A stretch of DNA of 43,403 nt, from the NCBI GenBank assembly GCA_043804695.1, contig JAZDIV010000134.1, forward strand, positions 1 to 43,403. Direction: 5' to 3'. Made by a program: the position numbers and the translations under genes. This document shows, piece after piece, positions 28,654 to 36,739 of this stretch (the stretch's first letter is position 1; every line of letters begins with the position of its first letter). The notes under the pieces are model-generated. The model worked only from the letters and a program-made list of their open reading frames with translations. It was not told the DNA's origin and ran no database searches. This stretch comes from PVC group bacterium (GTDB taxonomy: Bacteria > Auribacterota > Erginobacteria > Erginobacterales > Erginobacteraceae).

Positions 28654-29871
28654 TCACTTCTTTTTCTTCCATGGCATCTCGGGAGCAACGGCAGGCTGCT
28701 GGAAGAATGAATCCCTGATCGTTTTGAAGAGCCCGGGGGTTTTACACATGGAGTCGTATGAGAAGAGCATGATCCCCGCAGCGCCGGACGCGCGGACATC
28801 GGACATCTGCCGGAGGAGGGCAGCGGGATTGTTTTCCAGCAGGTACTGCCCGAGGCCGACATAGACCTGCCGTTTCCCGCAGGCCGACACCGCTCCCCAG
28901 GTCAGATACCGGGCCAGGCGGGAGTCTGTCCCGTAATTCATCGGGGCAACGACATCAACCGACCCTTCGTCCAGCCAGCACCGCCAGTCCTGGAACGCGC
29001 TCAGGTAGGCCCGGTCCGCCCAGGCGACCACGGCCACCGAGAAAACGAGTCCGGGGTTCAAGCGCCGGGTCAAAGCAGAGGCCGACTCCACAAACGTGTT
29101 CACCTGGTGCCGGCGCCAGTTATCCCAGGCCAGGCAGTTGGAACGCGTGAGTTCCATCGTCAGCGGGTCGAGCCCCTTCCATTCCCGGAAACGCCGCATG
29201 CTCTCCCTGCCGTAACCGAGATCGTTCCGGTTCGCCCAGAGGGAACCGGCATAGGGGGAGTTGAACGGGTACCGAACGAAATCAAGGTGAATACCGTCCA
29301 GGCCGGGGTATTTCCGGATTACTTCCGAGACGATATTCTTGAGATACAGGACAACCTTTTCATCTCCCGGATCAAGCCAGTAGCCGCCATCGGGGAGGTT
29401 CGGCGGCTTGCAGTCGAGCAGGGAGACGCCCTTGCCGTCCCGGGTGACAACATCCGTGCCGAAACGGCGCAGGATCGGCGCGTTCCGGTCTTTCCCGATC
29501 CGGAACATGTTCAGCCAGGCGTGAACCTTGAGGCCGGATTGATGGGCCCGGCCGATCAGGTAAGCCAGGGGGTCGATCTTCTCCCTCTTCAGAATATCGC
29601 GATAGGGAGCGGTATCGGCGTACCGGGAGTTGAACCAGGCCCGGTCGTGCCGGTAGACCTGGACGAAGATCTCGTTGAAGCCGGCATCAGCCGCCCGCCG
29701 GATCATCTGGTCGATTTTGGCCCGGGTGGAAAGCGTCTCCTGGCTCCCCTCGCATTCCACCCAGACCCCGCGGGCTTCCTTCAGCGGGGGTTCCGCCCGG
29801 CAGGAAGGCACCATACCGAGACCGATCGCAACCAAAAGGATGGCGAGAAACCTTTTTACCTGGGCCCGCAT
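28654..29871 (-). CDS. Glycoside hydrolase-like GHL10 (DUF187/YddW-like), exported
   Basis: EARGVWV, GFNEIFVQV, DPLA, KVHAW, WLDPG, DGIHLDFVRYP, QDW, PMNY. Confidence 0.85.
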   Translation of the reverse strand: MRAQVKRFLAILLVAIGLGMVPSCRAEPPLKEARGVWVECEGSQETLSTRAKIDQMIRRAADAGFNEIFVQVYRHDRAWFNSRYADTAPYRDILKREKIDPLAYLIGRAHQSGLKVHAWLNMFRIGKDRNAPILRRFGTDVVTRDGKGVSLLDCKPPNLPDGGYWLDPGDEKVVLYLKNIVSEVIRKYPGLDGIHLDFVRYPFNSPYAGSLWANRNDLGYGRESMRRFREWKGLDPLTMELTRSNCLAWDNWRRHQVNTFVESASALTRRLNPGLVFSVAVVAWADRAYLSAFQDWRCWLDEGSVDVVAPMNYGTDSRLARYLTWGAVSACGKRQVYVGLGQYLLENNPAALLRQMSDVRASGAAGIMLFSYDSMCKTPGLFKTIRDSFFQQPAVAPEMPWKKKK

Positions 29872-29913
29872 AAGCAAACGTCCGCCCGGGAGGGCGATAC
29901 CGGTGAGGCCGGT

Positions 29914-30099
29914 TTAATAGGGGACGCCGAAGTTCGGCTGCTGCTCCCACGGTTCCGGCTCCCCCCAGGGGATGGACGACCCCCCCTCGGGAGTGGAGCA
30001 GCCGGACACGGCGGCGGCAACGGCAAGTAAAAAAATCGCCAGAAGTATCAAACCCCCGGCTCCCCCCTTCTTTCTACTGCTGTCAATGTGCTGTTTCAT
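29914..30099 (-). CDS. Small lipoprotein
   Basis: GAGGGG SD, hydrophobic signal, lipobox VSG-C, mature peptide SSIPWGEPEPWEQQ. Confidence 0.7.
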   Translation of the reverse strand: MKQHIDSSRKKGGAGGLILLAIFLLAVAAAVSGCSTPEGGSSIPWGEPEPWEQQPNFGVPY

Positions 30100-30130
30100 G
30101 GATGATCCCCTCTCATATCGGGGAACCAGT

Positions 30131-30219
30131 ATAGTAACCGGAGGCGACATTCCCGGTCAAGTAGTGATCTCAAAGGAAATTATTAAATTCATTGCACAAC
30201 AACTATCGGTCTCTATAAT
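30131..30219. promoter_or_regulatory. Divergent putative sigma70 promoters
   Basis: Plus: TTGCAC-N16-TATAAT (30192-30219); minus: TTGACC-N18-TACTAT (30160-30131). Confidence 0.5.
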
Positions 30220-30293
30220 AGACACCTCTCAGTTATTCTTAGCCGTCATGTAATTATTAATTTTTGCGAAGCAAAAATTACGGAGAAAAAATT

Positions 30294-31862
30294 ATGCTCA
30301 AGGGAATGCGCAGAAGCGCCAAGCAGATACTCTGGCCGCTCATCATCGCCCTGGTCATTACCATGGGGGGCTACGGGGTCTGGTACCTGGTCCGGCCGGA
30401 GGTCGCCACCTCCCAGGCCGGCGTCATCTGGGGAGAAAAGATCACGCTGGAAGAGTTCATCCAGACGGCGCGAACGGCTCAGGCCGTCGCCGCCTTCTCC
30501 GGTCAGGAACTCAATCAGAACCAACTCTACACCCTCGCCTGGCGACGGCTGCTTTCACAGAAAGAAGCGGAGAAGATGGGGGTCACCACCACCCGGAAGG
30601 AGCTGGTCTTTTTTCTGGCGCGGTGGCCGGCTTTCCAGGTCAGGGGGAAATTTGACCCCCGGCGATACCGCCAGGCCCTCGACTCCCTCGGCATGGAAGC
30701 GGGCGCTTTTGAAGACCAGGTTCAAAAGCTCCTGGCCATCGACAAGATGGGGCTGATCATCCAGAGCCAGGCCCTTGTCTCCGAAGATGAAATCGCCCAG
30801 ACCTATCAGCGGCTGAACGAGAAGATCCGGGTCGAATACGTCCAGATCGCCCAGGAACAGTTCAGCGTTCAGACCGGGATCGCCGACCTGGAGCTGGCCG
30901 AATTCTACCGGCAGAACACGTCCCGGTTCCAGGTCCAGACCCAGGTTGAGATCCGTTACATCCTGATCCCCTGGAAAAAATTCGCGGGCGAGGTTTCGGT
31001 CACTCCGGAAGAGATCGAGGCCCGGTACCGGGAGAGCTCCGTTTCCTTTGCCGGCGAAACCGGCAAAGCGCCGAAACTATCGGATGTCGAAGACGCGCTT
31101 CGGGAGGAGCTCGTCCGGGAGAAGGCGGAGAAAGGAGCCGCGGCGATGGCCGATGCCGTCAACCGGCGCCTGGACGATGCGAATTCCCTGGAGCGGCCGG
31201 CGGAAGAGTTTTCCCTTTCCATCCGGGAGAGCGGCCCGTTCGGGGCCGATGAGCCCGTCCCGGGGCTGGGAGACCTCCCGGAGATCAACCGGCTGGCTCT
31301 GACGATGGAGATCGACGAAGTCGTCAGCTACCCCGTGCCCGGACCCGAGGGCTTTATCTTCTTCCAGGTGACCGGCAAGAAAGACGCGTCGATTCTCCCC
31401 TTCGAGGAGGCACGGGAGGAGATCATAAAAATCATCGGCGAGGAACGGGCCCGGCAGGAAGCGATGAACGCGACCCGCAACGCGCTGACCGAGGTCCGGC
31501 GGCTGATGACGGACGAGGAATACGACTTTGAATCTGCGGTGACGGAACTGGGTCTGAAGACGGTGACCACTCCCTTCTTCAGCCGGGAGGGCTCGGAGGA
31601 TATCCCGGCTTCCCCCCTCTTTGTCCAGGCGTCTTTCCTGACGGTGCCGGGCAGGGCCAGCGAGATTGTCCCGACTGAAGAAGGCTTCGTTTTCCTGACG
31701 GTAAGCGGGAGAGAACCGGCCGGCCCGATGCCAAAAGACGAGAAAGAGCGATGGGAGGCGGCCACCCGTAAGTACAAGGCGGCCCTTGTTTACGACACCT
31801 GGTTCAACAACCTCATCCAGGAGTCGAAGTTCTCGATCACGAATAAAGACCTGGCCCCATAA
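30294..31862 (+). CDS. SurA N-terminal / PpiD-like periplasmic chaperone
   Basis: N-terminal TM, AFQxxGKFDxxxY, SEDEI, degenerate parvulin-like region (TTPFFSR, GFVF). Confidence 0.8.
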   Translation: MLKGMRRSAKQILWPLIIALVITMGGYGVWYLVRPEVATSQAGVIWGEKITLEEFIQTARTAQAVAAFSGQELNQNQLYTLAWRRLLSQKEAEKMGVTTTRKELVFFLARWPAFQVRGKFDPRRYRQALDSLGMEAGAFEDQVQKLLAIDKMGLIIQSQALVSEDEIAQTYQRLNEKIRVEYVQIAQEQFSVQTGIADLELAEFYRQNTSRFQVQTQVEIRYILIPWKKFAGEVSVTPEEIEARYRESSVSFAGETGKAPKLSDVEDALREELVREKAEKGAAAMADAVNRRLDDANSLERPAEEFSLSIRESGPFGADEPVPGLGDLPEINRLALTMEIDEVVSYPVPGPEGFIFFQVTGKKDASILPFEEAREEIIKIIGEERARQEAMNATRNALTEVRRLMTDEEYDFESAVTELGLKTVTTPFFSREGSEDIPASPLFVQASFLTVPGRASEIVPTEEGFVFLTVSGREPAGPMPKDEKERWEAATRKYKAALVYDTWFNNLIQESKFSITNKDLAP

Positions 31863-31878
31863 ATTACTTTTTGCTCCA

Positions 31879-33153
31879 TTATGCGCTCTCCGCTTCCGGA
31901 TCCCACCGGGCACTGAGATCCGGATAGATCGGGAAAGCTCGGGTCAAGAGCAACGTTTCCCGCTTGATCCGGCCGATCGTCTCATCATCATCGATCTTCA
32001 CTATGACCTCCGCGATCCAGCGGCCGATCAGTTTCATCTCTTCTTCCTTCATCCCCCTGGTGGTCACTGCGGGGGTCCCCAGCCGGATGCCGCTGGTCTT
32101 GCTGGCGGGGAGGGGGTCAAAGGGGATCAGGTTCCGGTTGCAGCAGATGCCGGCCCGGATCAGCGCCTCCGCCGCCTGCTTTCCGCTGATGCCCTTGTTC
32201 CGGAGATCGACCAGGAGCAGGTGATTGTCCGATCCCCCGGCGACCAGCCGGAACCCCGCGCCGAGCAGGGTCTCGCCCAGGACGCGGGTGTTGCTGATGA
32301 TCTGGCGCTGATACTCCCTGAAGGCGGGCTGCAGGGCTTCCTGGAGCGCGACCGCCTTGGCCGCAATCACGTGCATCAGGGGGCCGCCCTGGATGCCCGG
32401 GAAGACGCTCCGGTCAATCTGCCGGCCGAACTCCTTCCGGCAGAGGATCATCCCTCCCCGCGGCCCCCGGAGGGTTTTATGGTTGGTGACGGTCACGAAC
32501 TCGGCGAGGGGGACCGGATCCGGATGGCATCCGGCCACCACCAGGCCCGCGATATGGGCGATGTCCGCCATCAGGTACGCCCCTACCTCGTCGGCGATTT
32601 CCCGGAACCGGTCAAAATGAATCACCCGGGGATAGGCGCTGGCGCCTGCGATGATCATCCGGGGATGGTGCTCGCGGGCCAGGCGGGCGGCCTGATCGTA
32701 ATCGATCAGCTCGGTATCCGGGCTCACCCCGTAGGAGATGACATTGTAAAGCTGCCCGGAGAAGTTGATCTTGTGGCCGTGGCTGAGATGGCCGCCATGG
32801 TCGAGATTCATGGCCAGGATGGTCTCGCCCGGCTGAAGGAAGGCAAAGTACACCGCCATGTTGGCCTGGCTCCCGGAATGGGGTTGGACATTGGCGTGGG
32901 CGGCGCCGAAGAGCCGGCAGGCGCGCTCAATCGCCAGGCTTTCCGACCGGTCCATCCACTCGCACCCCCGGTAGAACCGGCGCCCCGGATATCCTTCCGC
33001 ATACTTGTTGGTGAAGACGCTGCCGAGCGCGGCCAGAACCGCCGGGCTGGCATAGTTCTCGGAGGCGATCAGGAGGACCTCCTCCTCCTCCCGCCGCAAT
33101 TCGCCGTAGATAGCTTCGGCGATATCCCTGTCAACGTTCCACAGGTTCTCCAT
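31879..33153 (-). CDS. glyA: Serine hydroxymethyltransferase
   Basis: [47 protein letters not shown]. Confidence 0.97.
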   Translation of the reverse strand: MENLWNVDRDIAEAIYGELRREEEEVLLIASENYASPAVLAALGSVFTNKYAEGYPGRRFYRGCEWMDRSESLAIERACRLFGAAHANVQPHSGSQANMAVYFAFLQPGETILAMNLDHGGHLSHGHKINFSGQLYNVISYGVSPDTELIDYDQAARLAREHHPRMIIAGASAYPRVIHFDRFREIADEVGAYLMADIAHIAGLVVAGCHPDPVPLAEFVTVTNHKTLRGPRGGMILCRKEFGRQIDRSVFPGIQGGPLMHVIAAKAVALQEALQPAFREYQRQIISNTRVLGETLLGAGFRLVAGGSDNHLLLVDLRNKGISGKQAAEALIRAGICCNRNLIPFDPLPASKTSGIRLGTPAVTTRGMKEEEMKLIGRWIAEVIVKIDDDETIGRIKRETLLLTRAFPIYPDLSARWDPEAESA

Positions 33154-33155
33154 TT

Positions 33156-33180
33156 TAAAATTTTACTCCGTAAAATTTTA
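33156..33180 (-). repeat. Type example of the gene-boundary GNA-triloop hairpin (family B)
   Basis: TAAAATTTTAC-GGA-GTAAAATTTTA then AA-ATG of glyA; related copies at 4276, 10031, 20222, 22762 (degenerate), 23109, 30258. Confidence 0.85.
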
Positions 33181-33224
33181 TCGGTTCCGACTGCGTCGGA
33201 ACTTTTTTAATTATACGACAACTA

Positions 33225-33845
33225 TTATCTTCCTGTTGCCACCCGATGGCCCAGGCAGGCTTCGATTTCCTCCCGGGTGACCGGTCCTTCCCGGAGGATA
33301 CGTTCCGGAGACGCGGTGAGATCAAGAACGGTGGAAGCCGCTCCCGCCACCTCCCCTCCGTCGATAATCAGATCAACCTTGCCGGAGAACAGCCGGCGGG
33401 CCGCGGCGCCGTCGATTATGGCCGGCTCCCCGCTGAGGTTGGCGCTGGTCGCCACCAGCGCAACCCCGCTTTCCTCTATCAGCCGGCGGAGAAAATCATG
33501 GCCGGGAAGGCGATAGCCCTGGTGTATCCCTTCCGGCGTTCGCAGAATCACCGTCAGAGGCCCCGGCCAAAATTCTTCCAGCAGCCTTCTCTGTCCCTCT
33601 TCGGCAGGCAGGGACCGGATCTTCTCCCGATCAGCGATCAGGCGAACCAGGGGCTTGTTGCCGCTTCTTTTCTTGATCCGATAGATTCTCTTCACCACCG
33701 CCGGGTTGTTGCCATCTCCTCCCAGGCCATATACAGTCTCGGTGGGAAAGAGTATCACTCCACCCTCCGCCAGTATCCGCCCGGCTTCGAACAGCGCTTC
33801 CGGTTCTTTCTCCCGATGATTAAGATGAATAAAACGCGTATTCAA
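33225..33845 (-). CDS. tsaC: L-threonylcarbamoyladenylate synthase (TsaC/Sua5-YrdC)
   Basis: FPTETVYGL, KKR..KPL, FWPGPLT, TSANLSG, STVLD, REG. Confidence 0.9.
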   Translation of the reverse strand: MNTRFIHLNHREKEPEALFEAGRILAEGGVILFPTETVYGLGGDGNNPAVVKRIYRIKKRSGNKPLVRLIADREKIRSLPAEEGQRRLLEEFWPGPLTVILRTPEGIHQGYRLPGHDFLRRLIEESGVALVATSANLSGEPAIIDGAAARRLFSGKVDLIIDGGEVAGAASTVLDLTASPERILREGPVTREEIEACLGHRVATGR

Positions 33846-33897
33846 TAATGTTTTTAATCGTTAAATTGCTTCCCCCGATATCATCGGAGGAAGCAAT

Positions 33898-34413
33898 TTA
33901 ACGAGAGTAGACCATCACCGGACCCGTCATCTCCTCCCACTTGAAGGTGTAGAAGGCATGCGGACTGTTGTAATCAAGGACCCGCATGTCGTTCTCCTCC
34001 CCCAGGGACTGGACCACGTTGGAAAACCGGATGCCATAGCGCTCACGGCAGAGGTCCACGGGCACCTCGAATGCCGCGTACTTGTCGATGCCCTTGTTTT
34101 TTAACGTCTCTACCAGTCCGGGATCGTTGAGAGAAGGATAGGTGAGGATGATCAGGATAGGGCCTGACCCGGCAAAAAAAAGTCCCGCTTTCATTTCTGG
34201 CCTCCTTGGCCGTTTCCGGTACGTTTCGACGAACCGGTCAACGGAGCGGTCCCAGGTCTTCTCGACGTCGTCCGGGAAAAGACAGGCCGGCAACTCGCCC
34301 ATTTTCCAGTGATACCGGATACATTCACAGCAAACCCCTTTCCTGCTGCACGGCTCATAAGTGCAGTTACAGAACGATTTATTTTTATCAACCCTGCATT
34401 CCATTCCTTTCAT
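33898..34413 (-). CDS. Apparent in-frame fusion of a Cys-rich small protein (DUF6485-like) and a conserved 98-aa protein starting at ATG 34194
   Basis: CNCTY-PC-RKG-CCEC...ELPAC domain; second domain [12 protein letters not shown]...RVLDYN with its own AAGGAGG SD. Confidence 0.7.
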   Translation of the reverse strand: MKGMECRVDKNKSFCNCTYEPCSRKGVCCECIRYHWKMGELPACLFPDDVEKTWDRSVDRFVETYRKRPRRPEMKAGLFFAGSGPILIILTYPSLNDPGLVETLKNKGIDKYAAFEVPVDLCRERYGIRFSNVVQSLGEENDMRVLDYNSPHAFYTFKWEEMTGPVMVYSR

Positions 34414-34518
34414 TCCCCTTTCTTTAAAATTTGGAATTTATTTATTATTTGTGATTTCTTTCTACATGGTAACTTGGTGGTTTTGATTGTTCTGATTGTA
34501 TGCTTTTATGTTAAAACG

Positions 34519-35169
34519 TCATCGGGGACCGAAGATCCCGGTCCCGATCCGGACCATGTTCGACCCCTCTTCAATCGCCACCCGGTAGGAGTTGGTCATC
34601 CCCATCGAAAGGAACCGCATCTCCACCCCCGGCGGGGGACTTTTTCCCAGCTTCTCAAAGAGGTCCCGGGTAACCACGAAATAAGGACGCGCGTCTTCCG
34701 GGTCGCCGGCCAGGGGGCCCATGGTCATCAATCCTTGAATGGAGAGGTTCGGCAACGGGGCAAGCTCGCGGATCAGGGCGCCCGCGTCCGGCGGAGAAAC
34801 TCCGGCTTTCTGAGGCTCCCGCCCGCTGTTGATTTCGATCAGAATCGGCATCACCTTCCCCAGTCCGGCGGAACGCTTATCGATCTCCTGAGCCAGGTGA
34901 AGCGAGTCAACGGTCTGGATCAGGTCGATGATACCGACAATCTTTTTCACCTTGTTGGTCTGAAGATGTCCGATGAAATGCCAGCGGGGATCCCCGGCCA
35001 CCCGCTCCCGGACCTGAAGGAATTCCTGAACATAGTTCTCCCCGATCACCGTGATCCCGGCCGCCGTCGCTTCCGAGATCTCTTCCGGGGTCCGGGTTTT
35101 GGCGGCGGCGATAATCGTCACCCCGGCGGGGATCTCGTCCCTCAATCTTTTAATATTGTCCGCGATCAT
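34519..35169 (-). CDS. yggS: YggS/PipY PLP homeostasis protein
   Basis: GENYVQE, WHFIGHLQTNK, GLMTM, LSMGM, GSNMVRIGTGIFG. Confidence 0.93.
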   Translation of the reverse strand: MIADNIKRLRDEIPAGVTIIAAAKTRTPEEISEATAAGITVIGENYVQEFLQVRERVAGDPRWHFIGHLQTNKVKKIVGIIDLIQTVDSLHLAQEIDKRSAGLGKVMPILIEINSGREPQKAGVSPPDAGALIRELAPLPNLSIQGLMTMGPLAGDPEDARPYFVVTRDLFEKLGKSPPPGVEMRFLSMGMTNSYRVAIEEGSNMVRIGTGIFGPR

Positions 35170-35178
35170 CTTCGCCTG

Positions 35179-36270
35179 TTATCCCGGGTACCGGGCAAAC
35201 AAATTCCCCCAGGGCGACTCCTGCAACCACCGGTCGACGACCTGCTTCCCTTTCCGCGGGTACCAGAATCGGTCGTGATAGTACTCGCTGGCAAAGATAA
35301 AAATATTGACCAGCGGGGTGCGGAAGCAGAGTTTCTGCAGGCATTTAAGCGGGCTCCGCCAGAGGAGCATCCCGGTCCCCGTCCCCAGGTTGACCCCGAC
35401 CTTGAAGCCCCAGTTCTCCTCCGCCAGCTCCGGCATCCCGACGATCTCGATCTCCCGGGGATCACCCTGCCCCAGCCCCCGGGCGGTGGCGTGGTTGATG
35501 TACCGGATGGACATCGGGTCGAATCCCATGATCCTGGCCGAAACCGCGTCGATCGCGACCTGGTCGGCGGAGGCCAGGATGACATCTTTCTGATAGGGGA
35601 TCAGCGTTCTCGGGCCGGGCCCGGAGCCGGCGGTGGTTCCGTCCATGGTGCAGAAAATTCCGGGATGGATCTCCTTCTGAATCGCCAGCAGATCGACGAT
35701 CGTGTCGTGAATCCAGGTGTGGGTATAGTGGCGGTGGACATTGAGCAGCCCCCCGAAGGCGTTTTTCAGCGCCCCGGTGGTAACCGTGTAGGAGTGGGTT
35801 TTGACGGTGGGCAAATGGACGATGTTCTTGCCAAAAAAATAATCGGGGAGATAAATCCCGGCCGGGAATATCCTGTCCAGCACCGCCATCTTCGCCCGGG
35901 GGCGATACGGGACCCACTTCATGTCTTCATCCTTGAAGTTATACTTTACCGGGATGCCGTATTTCTCGAGTACCGGCCCGAACTTATTATACCGATCGCC
36001 CAGGTCGGCGATGGTGACCACGGTCTTGTTGTGGACGTCCACCAGGTCCTGAAACCCCGCGCCTTTCAAGGCCAGGATGGTCCCCTCCAGTTGCCAGGGG
36101 GTGGTGTTCGCTCCCGGATAGAGCAGATGCCAGCTGATGTTATCCTTGAGAATGGTAACGGCTGACGGGTCCAAACTTTCCTTCAGACCGGCCAGCTCGC
36201 AGAGACGGCCATAATCGTCCAGGACAGTATCGGGACCGGTTTTGAGAATGGCCACTTTGGATTTGTTCAT
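35179..36270 (-). CDS. DUF362 domain protein (putative Fe-S binding)
   Basis: ILKDN, TTP, LPTVKTH, TGALKNAFG, DQVAIDA, MGFDP. Confidence 0.8.
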   Translation of the reverse strand: MNKSKVAILKTGPDTVLDDYGRLCELAGLKESLDPSAVTILKDNISWHLLYPGANTTPWQLEGTILALKGAGFQDLVDVHNKTVVTIADLGDRYNKFGPVLEKYGIPVKYNFKDEDMKWVPYRPRAKMAVLDRIFPAGIYLPDYFFGKNIVHLPTVKTHSYTVTTGALKNAFGGLLNVHRHYTHTWIHDTIVDLLAIQKEIHPGIFCTMDGTTAGSGPGPRTLIPYQKDVILASADQVAIDAVSARIMGFDPMSIRYINHATARGLGQGDPREIEIVGMPELAEENWGFKVGVNLGTGTGMLLWRSPLKCLQKLCFRTPLVNIFIFASEYYHDRFWYPRKGKQVVDRWLQESPWGNLFARYPG

Positions 36271-36394
36271 CTACGTAACTCCCCTGATCACGATTTTCAT
36301 CCTGCCCAGGAGCAGTTGATAACGGTTGAGAGCCATCGCCTTCACCCCCGACTGTGTTGGCCAGAACCGTCTCTGCCCGCCGTACGTTAAGAAG

Positions 36395-36423
36395 AGAATA
36401 TCGTTTCTGCCGGCGTCTGTCAA
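36395..36423 (-). promoter_or_regulatory. Sigma70 promoter for the DUF362-yggS operon
   Basis: TTGACA-N17-TATTCT, about 120 nt upstream of the start codon. Confidence 0.65.
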
Positions 36424-36739
36424 ATCGTCATATCGTATTCCGCGGGCGGACGGCTGTCAAGCAGACGGAGGAGCACTGCAGCGGCTCCGGCCGGGGAGGC
36501 GGCCGCTGGCCGGGATAAATAATAACTGTAGAAACAATCACCGCACAATTGACGAAGCAACATCCGTGGAGTATGTTATCTGCAGACGCGCTGGCCCTGG
36601 CCGGCACGCCCGATTGCAACGAATCAAGCGGATTATGGCTGCCTTCAGCATAATCCGTAAAAGATCCCGGGCGCGGTCGAAGGGCACAATACCCGGTTAC
36701 CATCAGTGGATGAACTCCGTTCTGAAGCCCGGACTCACC

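Noticed and set aside
34309..36165. Long plus-strand ORF (618 aa) and similar ones (378-1253, 18257-19372, 19281-20255, 31786-33210, 12439-13572)
   Set aside because: Antisense shadows of well-supported genes, expected from high-GC codon bias; no recognisable motifs.
36280..36345. Possible fluoride riboswitch in the DUF362 leader (GGCGATGG...AACTGC...GATGA)
   Set aside because: P1 and pseudoknot pairing partners are not present; the resemblance is superficial.
36326..36739. N-terminal extension of the C1A protease ORF (also the extensions at 3151-3411 and 6765-6809)
   Set aside because: The signal peptide or conserved domain begins at the later ATG; the extensions cross promoters or palindromic repeats.
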